Positions 34,410 through 43,400 of a DNA stretch of 64,000 nt are shown here, piece after piece. The notes below the pieces were generated by a model. That model was not told where the DNA came from, did not search any database, and saw only the letters and a program-made list of their open reading frames with translations. The DNA is from Auanema rhodensis (Eukaryota > Animalia > Nematoda): contig OZ059898.1 in assembly GCA_964057225.1 (NCBI GenBank), forward strand, positions 3,286,001 through 3,350,000. Reading direction: 5' to 3'. The position numbers and the translations under genes are program-made. The number at the start of each line of letters is the position of its first letter. Within the stretch, counting starts at the first letter, position 1.

Positions 34410-35262
34410 TCATATTTTTAACATGTAATGTAACAACAGTAGAACCATAATTAAATTGCATAGGACGACCAAATTCATCTAAAATTTCAATACGTATGGT
34501 ATCGAGTGTTTGTCTAGTGATTGGTACATAACGAATAGGATTAAATGTTTTGGCAATCATTTTACCAAATTCAGTAGGAGGTGGTACAGGTAAACATGCA
34601 AGTAAATTAGCTTTCACATTACCAAGAATGGAATATTCTACAATATCACAATATATATACATTGTATTAATGTTATTTGAAAAATCAATGGGACGCCTGG
34701 CTATTATTGTATCGTTGATGTTTTTATTTTCAAAACCAAGAAAATATGCAAAATCATCACCAAGCGTTGCATTCAACAATAGTCTCTTGCTTGTTACAAA
34801 CTCTATGCGCTGCAATGTTTTGTTAAACTGAAATGTGGCGTCTGCGAGCATTTCCTCCACTAGCTTAGCCTCAACCTGGCGATTATTATACCACTTTTTT
34901 ACATCTTCATCTTTATCTATTAAACTTTTTATACGTGCTTCTTCCTCAGCTCCAAGAGGCTTTGTATTGTTGGCGATAAATGATTCTCTTCCAGCGTTGA
35001 TTCCGCGTATTATTTCATCACCATTTGCATAGTTGCCTTTAGGCAAGTGTAGAATAAATTTTCTATTGGAAAAACGTAGTGTATAAGATAAATCTTTTTG
35101 AACATTTAATATAGAACAAGGAAAAATGATGTCTGTCAGCCCAATGCAATATCTATTATTGCGTAGCCTTAGTGTTTCAGGTAATCTGGTAAGAAACACT
35201 GATGATGTATTACTTTTTTCAGAGTCAACTGATGATGGAAGAGTAATGTAAAAATCATCCAT
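34405..35262 (-). CDS. PX: Minor capsid protein / penton (single jelly-roll, Polinton PX), 285 aa
   Basis: Characteristic FYITLPSS...F-x-T-x-LP N-terminus and YIYCDIVE...YVP...IRIEILDEFG...VTLH C-terminus. Confidence 0.9.
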   Translation of the reverse strand: MDDFYITLPSSVDSEKSNTSSVFLTRLPETLRLRNNRYCIGLTDIIFPCSILNVQKDLSYTLRFSNRKFILHLPKGNYANGDEIIRGINAGRESFIANNTKPLGAEEEARIKSLIDKDEDVKKWYNNRQVEAKLVEEMLADATFQFNKTLQRIEFVTSKRLLLNATLGDDFAYFLGFENKNINDTIIARRPIDFSNNINTMYIYCDIVEYSILGNVKANLLACLPVPPPTEFGKMIAKTFNPIRYVPITRQTLDTIRIEILDEFGRPMQFNYGSTVVTLHVKNMK

Positions 35263-35341
35263 GACAAACCACCACTTGATACGTGTACACTATTGCAAAT
35301 GAAATCATTTGCATTTTAGGTACATTTACGAGTGGTTGATT

Positions 35342-35989
35342 ATGGTTTTCAGCTTCAAACTACCCAGTCAGACAACTGTAATAGGTGCTACCCAATGCGG
35401 TAAAACAACCCTCATAAAGCACATATGTGAAAATACTGAAAAGTTTTTCAACGTCCCCATTGATAGAATATTCTGGTTCAGTCAATGTGGGTCATCGTCA
35501 GGTGTACCAATAAATGATGAGCGTTTAATAATCATTCAAGGGCCTCCTGATCCTGATTTGATAAAAGAACAAAAGGGAGTAAATACTATACTAGTGCTGG
35601 ATGATTTGATGAACTTTTTTTCATCGAATAAAGCAGCAAAGGAATTACTCAACAACATTTTTACAGTATGGGCTCATCACTGGAATTTGGCAGTGTTTAA
35701 TCTTGTGCAAGCGGCATTTCAACTGGACAGGACCAGTCGAATCAATAGTACATATATAATACTGATGAAAAGTCATTCAGATATATTACAAATACGTAAT
35801 TGTCTGCAGCAATTATTTGGGCCACGTTTCAAAAATGCTCTAGAGGCGTATGATGATGCAATGTCTACTCCCTATAGTCATTTACTGATTGACAATCATC
35901 CTTTAACAAGTGAGAAGCAGCGTATACTATCTGATATAACAGCGGAGAACCCTATTGTTTATGTTGCCAGAAATGTGTTTAGTGTTTAA
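35342..35989 (+). CDS. ATP: A32/FtsK-like DNA packaging ATPase, 215 aa
   Basis: First ATG at 35342. Walker A GATQCGKT, Walker B ILVLDD, followed by AHHWN...LVQ and RINSTYIIL as in Polinton ATPases. Confidence 0.93.
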   Translation: MVFSFKLPSQTTVIGATQCGKTTLIKHICENTEKFFNVPIDRIFWFSQCGSSSGVPINDERLIIIQGPPDPDLIKEQKGVNTILVLDDLMNFFSSNKAAKELLNNIFTVWAHHWNLAVFNLVQAAFQLDRTSRINSTYIILMKSHSDILQIRNCLQQLFGPRFKNALEAYDDAMSTPYSHLLIDNHPLTSEKQRILSDITAENPIVYVARNVFSV

Positions 35990-36001
35990 AGTGCTTGTTC
36001 A

Positions 36002-36310
36002 ATGAGTGGTCGTATTTTGTCAAATTTCAACTTTTTGTCTTCTTGCGCCAAAACTCCTTGTTCTGTTTCCTCATTTTCTTTTGCACAAATTGAAATTATT
36101 GTTGAAATTGTATTTAATATTGTGAAAAATAATAATTTTCTTTTAACTAACAAGGAATATAAAACCCTCTTGCCCATATCTTCATTATTACGTCAAATAG
36201 CTTTGATACGCACACCGGAAAAGGCTAAATCATTATTGGCAACGCTTTCACACAAACAATTGAAAACAATAGTTACATGTGGTATTGCCTATTTTGGTTT
36301 TAAATCATGA
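36002..36310 (+). CDS. Conserved Polinton hypothetical protein, 102 aa
   Basis: ATG ORF tightly packed after the ATPase. IVEIVFNIVKNNNFLL...LLRQIA resembles the small helical ORF that lies between ATPase and integrase in many Polintons (recognised from memory). Confidence 0.7.
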   Translation: MSGRILSNFNFLSSCAKTPCSVSSFSFAQIEIIVEIVFNIVKNNNFLLTNKEYKTLLPISSLLRQIALIRTPEKAKSLLATLSHKQLKTIVTCGIAYFGFKS

Positions 36311-37023
36311 AGCTCAACCATAAATATCGACTAATTCCTGTCGACGAGGAAACAATTAATATAGACAAGTTTGATGCAGAGCTCAAGCTTTTACGAGAAA
36401 ATAGAGCTATACCCGACTATAAAAAGGCTGAACTATACGAAGACTTGATTGCTCGTCTCAAAAACTATAGAGAAAGTATAGATGCGCCCATATCAGTACA
36501 AGTGGAAAATGTTGATCCACCTCTATTGCCAGAATACAAGTTGCCAAGAAAGTATAACAATTTGTGGGAGAAATTTCCAGAGGTGCGCACAAACAAGAAT
36601 AACCAACTTGTGATTAATAATGAGGCTGTACCAAACACGAATATTACAAAAATTTTAGATTTTGTATTGGATAAAACAAAAACGGAGCCCAATGGATTTT
36701 CAGTCTTGTCAAAGTTTTTAGCCAGTAAAGGCGTACCAAGTTCTAACAAGAAACAAACTAGAAGAGAGTCGGCTGACAATGATTCAGTTGACGTTGTAAC
36801 TAGAGCTGAACCGGCTGTTACAGACTTGGACTCTACTATATTACCTAGAACGCCTCGTCATCGTAAAGCTGTTATTCGATATTCACCATCACCGGTTCGT
36901 ACACTCAAAAGTAAAAGGTCAAAGACTTTTGATACTGCCGCCGAATCATATTACACACCACAAGAAGGAGACTCACAGAATGGCCAAGGTCGTAAAAGGT
37001 TCTACATTAGATTATGGAAATGA
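36307..37023 (+). CDS. Conserved Polinton hypothetical protein, 238 aa
   Basis: ATGA overlap with the upstream stop. NQLVINNEAVPNTNITKIL resembles the GELxxxGxxIPGSNI motif of the pre-integrase Polinton ORF. Has an S/T/R-rich tail ending QNGQGRKRFYIRLWK. Confidence 0.8.
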   Translation: MKLNHKYRLIPVDEETINIDKFDAELKLLRENRAIPDYKKAELYEDLIARLKNYRESIDAPISVQVENVDPPLLPEYKLPRKYNNLWEKFPEVRTNKNNQLVINNEAVPNTNITKILDFVLDKTKTEPNGFSVLSKFLASKGVPSSNKKQTRRESADNDSVDVVTRAEPAVTDLDSTILPRTPRHRKAVIRYSPSPVRTLKSKRSKTFDTAAESYYTPQEGDSQNGQGRKRFYIRLWK

Positions 37024-38047
37024 TATTTTGGCGAGCATTTATTACGATATAAAACACCCAGCTTCATATACATCAGCCAAGAATTTATTATCGCAAGCAC
37101 GAAAACATGGCATTTCAAAGGTACAAGTTGATGATTTTTTGCAAGATTCTGAAACTTTTACACGACATAAACCAACCAGAATGCGTATGCAGACTAGAAA
37201 GACTAGAGGATGTGGTCGATTTCTAACAGTGCAAGCAGATTTGGTTGATATGCAAAAATATAAAAAATTAAACGACGGCTATGCTTACATGTTGACCATG
37301 ATTGATGTTTATACACGCATGTTATATGTTAGGCCTTTGAAAACTAAAGGTGGTATAGAGGTTGCTAGTGCATTTGAAAGTTTATTCAAGAATTTTATAC
37401 CAATTCAGTTGATTACTGATAATGGCACAGAGTTTTATAATAGTCATTGTGAAAAACTATTCAAAAAGTTTGCCATACTGCACGGATCTACAAGTTCACC
37501 ACAAAAGGCTGCAATGGTGGAGCGAGCAAATAGAACTTTAAAAACACGCATGATGAAATATCTCTATTACAAGAATAATCATCGTTGGATTGATATCCTA
37601 GATGATTTGGTTGAAGGAATAAACAAATCTTATAACCGCTCTATAAAAATGCGGCCCATTGATGTTAAAGCAAATATATTCATTGAAGAATATGCACCAG
37701 CTGTTAAAAGCCGCTTTAAAATTGGTGATACTGTTCGCATAAGCAAAAATAGGCGTACTTTTGAAAAAAGCTACGAGTCTGGATATACAATGGAGCTGTT
37801 CACAATTGATGAGGTTGTAACCGGAAACCCAACCGTGTATAAACTTGTAGATTATAATGGTGAACGTATAAAGGGAATATTCTACGAACCTGAACTTGTC
37901 TTGGCTACTAATAAAAGTAACAAGTACTATATAGAAAAAGTTTTAAAAGAGCGTACTCGAAGCGGTAAACGTCAAGTATTTGTAAAATGGAGTGGATATC
38001 CCGACAACTTTAATGAATGGATAGATGCAGAAAATTTAAATGTATAA
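36980..38047 (+). CDS. INT: Retroviral-like (rve/c-integrase) DDE integrase with C-terminal chromodomain, ~355 aa
   Basis: First ATG at 36980. Motifs YYDIKHPASY, QADLVDM (D), ITDNGTEF (D), AMVERANRTLK (E), SH3-like FKIGDTVRI and chromodomain YYIEKVL...VKWSGYPDNFNEWI. Confidence 0.96.
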   Translation: MAKVVKGSTLDYGNDILASIYYDIKHPASYTSAKNLLSQARKHGISKVQVDDFLQDSETFTRHKPTRMRMQTRKTRGCGRFLTVQADLVDMQKYKKLNDGYAYMLTMIDVYTRMLYVRPLKTKGGIEVASAFESLFKNFIPIQLITDNGTEFYNSHCEKLFKKFAILHGSTSSPQKAAMVERANRTLKTRMMKYLYYKNNHRWIDILDDLVEGINKSYNRSIKMRPIDVKANIFIEEYAPAVKSRFKIGDTVRISKNRRTFEKSYESGYTMELFTIDEVVTGNPTVYKLVDYNGERIKGIFYEPELVLATNKSNKYYIEKVLKERTRSGKRQVFVKWSGYPDNFNEWIDAENLNV

Positions 38048-38077
38048 TTTTTCAATGTTATAAACAATTGTAATTAT

Positions 38078-38092
38078 AATAAATGATTTATT
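38078..38092. terminator. Bidirectional poly(A) signal (integrase / D-box gene)
   Basis: AATAAA-TGA-TTTATT, 30 nt after the integrase stop. Confidence 0.65.
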
Positions 38093-38342
38093 TGATATAT
38101 CGCATAATGTAACAATAAAAAACCAGCAAAATACAAACAACAATTCAACCTGGAAAAAAAAAATGTAGACTATTCAAATTTTCAAATTCTTACCAGTTGG
38201 TTGATCATTCGTCCTCAATTGATGAGCCATTGATGGATATTCGCAAGAGCTGGAAAAAAAAAATGTTACGGCTGAGAATATAAAAATGCCACATAACAAA
38301 ACAAGAATAAAACGCCAATTGTGCTATTTGTGCTTGTTGTAG

Positions 38343-38929
38343 TCAAAATGAAGGATCAAAGCGGATAAACATGTTCAGGTTGAGTGCTTCTGGACTTAGT
38401 TTAAAGTAGAATACATTCTGCTTATAACCAAAAGTCTTTATAGTAGCCTCATCTGCATATATAACAATATAGCCCATATTGTTCAACAATTGCTTGCACG
38501 TCATGGTGTTATAAGAGCGCATCTAAAAATAATTATAAAATTGAAAATAAATAAATATGCAAGCTTACATTAATAGAGAACTTTTCGGGCTTATAGTGAC
38601 GAAATTCCTTCAAAAGACCCAACGCATCATTCCTTCCTCTACACTTTATACAGAGGCTGAAACAGTGATACTCGTCTATAACCTGCAATGATTCCCTACA
38701 AGTTTTGCAGAGACAAATTGGTCTCATTAATACACTCCTTGGTGGAGTGCTCTCTCTCAGAATCTCCATCTGCTTTATTGGTGAATCTAAATTAAAGATT
38801 TAAAAAATACAAGTTAAGGTTCATACCAAAACTTGTAAAATTTGGTGCTGGTGTGGGTGGTCGTGGTACTTCAGGTTCAGGCGATTTGCGCACCACATTT
38901 GTCACATCAGCAAGTACAGCACGCTTCAT
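38343..38929 (-). CDS. Spliced hypothetical protein, 166 aa, with N-terminal D-box, CDK sites and Cys/His cluster. Exons: 38929-38827, 38786-38569, 38522-38343
   Basis: Introns 38826-38787 (40 nt, GTATGA..TTTAG) and 38568-38523 (46 nt, GTAAGC..TTTTAG) join three exons in frame (501 nt): MKRAVLADVTN...DSPIKQMEILRESTPPR...CLCKTC...HCFSLCIKC...RFDPSF*. Confidence 0.8.
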
Positions 38930-39080
38930 TTCCGCTAAAGATCCAACTTTCTAAAATATAAGGCAAACTTGCAGAGAGGAGCAGTCTATGGCGATTGGCA
39001 AAGAGTGGCAGGAGATGGTGAAACGTCGGATCCTCGGATAGTTGGCAGAGCTGAAATGTAAATGTAGCAAAATTGCCAAC

Positions 39081-39088
39081 CTTTTATA
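39081..39088 (-). promoter_or_regulatory. TATA box (TATAAAAG) for the minus-strand D-box gene
   Basis: CTTTTATA on the plus strand. An initiator-like TTTCAGCT lies ~30 nt downstream (~39050), followed by a more GC-rich leader to ATG 38929. Confidence 0.5.
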
Positions 39089-39563
39089 CAAAGATTTTTG
39101 TAAAGTACAACCCATTGTGTTACAATCAAGTTTGCTGATGAAATTCTCTTATTAATTAGATTTTACAGCATATTTATGCAGATATACTCATCTTATCGAC
39201 AGTTGCCAGCAGTTGGCGCACTCTGAACCTGTAAACAATCTGCATATTAATTAGTTTTTACATCTCTTTAAACATTATTGTTTACCGTTTGTGCCATAAA
39301 CAACAGCCATCTCTGTAAAACATTTAGGCTTTTTAAACTTTGCTTAATAACTCATATATTATTCATAGTATACTTTTACACCCATATTGTACCACAAAAC
39401 ATATGACTGCCAACGTTTTATATGTGAAAAATATTTCATTCTTTAATATTTAATAATGATTATATTACGAAACTAAAACTTTTGAAATGTTAAAATGATT
39501 ATACTATATTTAAACCCCCACAGTGCAGTTATTACTGTTTATTAACCATCGATATGCGTGGCG

Positions 39564-40405
39564 TTGAGGTCAGCGCAACTGTTTGCTAATCTTATTGTAT
39601 TTACCTTCAATGTGTGCTCTATTTAGTTATTGTATTGTTATATTAGTAAAATAAAGTTTAAAACTAATCTTTTATTATAATTTGAACCTTTTACTTGTTA
39701 GAATAAATATAATTAATAACAATTTGTAATTTCAAAAATTAATAATTTAATGTCGTTCTTATCGAATTAACTTTCGATATGTGTTCCATTAAATTTTGGT
39801 ATTTTATATCGTTCTTATCGAATTAACCTTCGATATGTGTTCCATTGAATTTTGTATTTCATATCGTTCTTATCGAATTAACCTTCGATATGTGTTCCAT
39901 TGAACTACCCGTAACAAGTACGGTGAACAAAACGATATACATGCAAAAATTTTACTGTTCTTTAAAATAAAAACAATACAAACACAATACAATAAAAAAT
40001 AAACAAAATAAGTAAACAAACATTATTAATAAATTTAATAAATAAATAAAATTTAAAAAACAAATTTACATATTTAAATATTTAAATATTTAAAATTTAT
40101 AATTTTTATTTTTACTTAATATATTTAAAAATAATTAAAACTATATACATACATTTGAATAAACAAATTTAAAATTTGATTTAAAAAAAAAAAAAATCAT
40201 GCTTTAAATCATGATTTTTAAATTTAAAAAAGGAAAATCCATGAACCATGATCCCAAAATATGATTTTAACAGCTGACGCTCAAAAATATGTTTTTGACA
40301 GCTGACGCGCCCCAAAAGTATGTTTTTAGCAGCTGACGCCCCCAAAAGTATGTTTTTGACAGCTGTTTGGGGGCGTGGTTAGTAAATTTTGCACGGCTCT
40401 CTACT
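39564..40405 (-). repeat. Right terminal inverted repeat (~842 bp)
   Basis: Starts TTGAGGTCAGCGCAAC and is the reverse complement of the left TIR. Confidence 0.95.
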
Positions 40406-40411
40406 ATCGTC
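40406..40411 (+). repeat. Right target-site duplication ATCGTC
   Basis: Immediately follows ...CTCTCTACT and is identical to 25016..25021. Confidence 0.97.
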
Positions 40412-43400
40412 TTTGCCTTGAAAAATGAAATCTAAAAACATCTACGTTTTGCTAAATTATTTTGAAATTTTTCGAAAAAATTTTTGTCAAAATGTTTTTG
40501 GAAGCAATGTTGAGTGTACATGGAAACTCAACATACACTAATGCATCATTTTTCAAACGATCATAACTAATTTTTGTATTGAGCGTTTCTCAATGTAGTA
40601 AAGTGCATTCGATGCGGATTTTTAAGCTGCGTCGATCTGTGTTATCAGATTTGCGCTAGCTTAAAAATGCACCGAGATATCAACTGATACAAGTTCACAC
40701 TTATATCCTCGATTTTCACCCTGAAGAAATAATTTTTTCGTTGAATAACATTGTCCATCGTCTTTGCCTTGAAAAAAGGATTCTAAAAACATCTACTTTT
40801 TGCTATATTATATTGAAATTTTTCGAAAAAATTTTTGTCAAAATGTTTTTGGAAGCAATGTTGAGTGTACATGGAAACTCAACATACACTAATGCATCAT
40901 TTTTCAAACGATCATAACTAATTTTTGTATTGAGCGTTTCTCAATGTAGTATAGTGCATTCGATCCGGATTTTTAAGCTGCGTCGATCTGTGTTATCCGA
41001 TTTGCGCTAGCTTAAAAATGCACCGAGATATCAACTGATATAAGTTCACACTTATATCCTCGATTTTCACCCTGAAGAATTAATTTTTTCGTTGAATAAC
41101 ATTGTCCATCGTCTTTGCCTTGAAAAATGGAATCTAAAAACATCTACTTTTTGCTAAATTATTTTGAAATTTTTCGAAAAAATTTTTGTCAAAATGTTTT
41201 TGGAAGCAATGTTGAGTGTACATGGAAACTCAACATACACTAATGCATCATTTTTCAAACGATCATAACTAATTTTTGTATCGAGCGTTTCTCAATGTAG
41301 TATAGTGCATTCGATGCGGATTTTTGAGCTGCGTCGATCTGTGTTATCAGATTTGCGCTAACTTAAAAATGCACCGAGATATCAACTGATATAAGTTCAC
41401 ACTTATATCCTCGATTTTCACCCTGAAGAATTAATTTTTTCGTTGAATAACATTGTCCATCGTCTTTGCCTTGAGAAATGGAATCTAAAAACATCTACTT
41501 TTTGCTAAATTATTTTGAAATTTTTCGAAAAAATTTTTGTCAAAATGTTTTTGGAAGCAATGTTGAGTGTACATGGAAACTCAACATACACTAATGCATC
41601 ATTTTTCAAACGATCATAACTAATTTCTGTATTGAGCGTTTCTCAATGTAGTATAGTGCATTCGATCCGGATTTTTAAGCTGCGTCGATCTGTGTTATCA
41701 GATTTGCGCTAGCTTAAAAATGCACCGAGATATCAACTGATATAAGTTCACACTTATATCCTCGATTTTCACCCTGAAGAATTAATTTTTTCGTTGAATA
41801 ACATTGTCCATCGTCTTTGCCTTGAAAAATGGAATCTAAAAACATCTACTTTTTGGTAAATTCTTTTGAAATTTTTCGAAAAAATTTTTGTCAAAATGTT
41901 TTTGGAAGCAATGTTGAGTGTACATGGAAACTCAACATACACTAATGCATCATTTTTCAAACGATCATAACTAATTTCTGTATTGAGCGTTTCTCAATGT
42001 AGTATAGTGCATTCGATGCGGATTTTTAAGCTGCGTCGATCTGTGTTATCAGATTTGCGCTAGCTTAAAAATGCACCGAGATATCAACTGATATAAGTTC
42101 ACACTTATATCCTCGATTTTCACCCTGAAGAATTAATTTTTTCGTTGAATAACATTGTCCATCGTCTTTGCCTTGAAAAATGGAATCTAAAAACATCTAC
42201 TTTTTGGTAAATTCTTTCGAAATTTTTCGAAAAAATTTTTGTCAAAATGTTTTTGGAAGCAATGTTGAGTGTACATGGAAACTCAACATACACTAATGCA
42301 TCATTTTTCAAACGATCATAACTAATATTCGTATTAAGCGTTTCTCAATGTAGTAGAGTGCATTCGATGCGGATTTTTAAGCTGCGTCGATCTGTGTTAT
42401 CAGATTTGCGCTATCTTAAAAATGCACCGAGATATCAACTGATATAAGTTCACACTTATATCCTCGATTTTCACCCTAAAGAATTAATTTTTTCGTTGAG
42501 TAACATTGTCTATCGTCTTTGCCTTGAAAAATGGAATCTAAAAACATCTACTTTTTGGTAAATTCTTTTGAAATTTTTCGAAAAAATTTTTGTCAAAATG
42601 TTTTTGGAAGCAATGTTGAGTGTACATGGAAACTCAACATACACTAATGCATCATTTTTCAAACGATCATAACTAATTTTTGTATCAAGCGTTTCTTAAT
42701 GTAGTATAGTGCATTCGATGCGGATTTTTAAGCTGCGTCGATCTGTGTTATCAGATTTGCGCTAGCTTAAAAATGCACCGAGATATCAACTGATATAAGT
42801 TCACACTTATATCCTCGATTTTCACCCTGAAGAAATAATTTTTTCGTTGAATAACATTGTCCATCGTCTTTGCCTTGAAAAATGGAATCTAAAAACATCT
42901 ACTTTTTGCTAAATTCTTTTGAAATTTTTCGAAAAAATTTTTGTCAAAATGTTTTTGGAAGCAATGTTGAGTGTACATGGAAACTCAACATACACTAATG
43001 CATCATTTTTCAAACGATCATAACTAATTTTTGTATCAAGCGTTTCTCAATGTAGTATAGTGCATTCGATGCGGATTTTTAAGCTGCGTCGATCTGTGTT
43101 ATCAGATTTGCGCTAGCTTAAAAATGCACCGAGATATCAACTGATATAAGTTCACACTTATATCCTCGATTTTCACCCTAAAGAATTAATTTTTTCGTTG
43201 AATAACATTGTCTATCGTCTTTGCTTTGAAAAATGGAATCTAAAAACATCTACTTTTTGCTAAATTCTTTTGAAATTTTTCGAAAAAATTTTTGTCAAAA
43301 TGTTTTTGGAAGCAATGTTGAGTGTACATGGAAACTCAACATACACTAATGCATCATTTTTCAAACGATCATAACTAATTTTTGTATTAAGCGTTTCTCA

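Larger units (their letters stand above)
25022..40405. mobile_element. Complete Maverick/Polinton element (15,384 bp)
   Basis: Termini 5'-AGTAGAGAGCCGTGC...GCACGGCTCTCTACT-3', ~840-bp TIRs and a 6-bp TSD. Carries the canonical Polinton gene set: pPolB, retroviral-like integrase, ATPase, cysteine protease, MCP and penton. Confidence 0.98.

Noticed and set aside
26151-36779. Antisense and alternate-frame ORFs overlapping element genes (e.g. 26151, 27006, 27325, 27940, 30129, 32774, 33986, 34023, 34550, 36465)
   Set aside because: Shadows of well-supported genes with no motifs, many with non-ATG starts.
38930-39563. Additional upstream coding exons for the D-box gene (TTTTAG acceptor at 38951 gives in-frame KVGSLAE before the ATG)
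   Set aside because: I found no convincing donor or ATG upstream at a plausible intron distance. A TATA box at 39081-39088 suggests 5' UTR, though a trans-splice site cannot be excluded.
25022-40405. Envelope fusogen or large cargo (toxin) gene as reported for some nematode Mavericks
   Set aside because: No ORF or unassigned space large enough, and no signal-peptide glycoprotein seen.
41769-42311. 63-aa ORFs in the right satellite arm
   Set aside because: Same cause: incidental stop loss in satellite variants.
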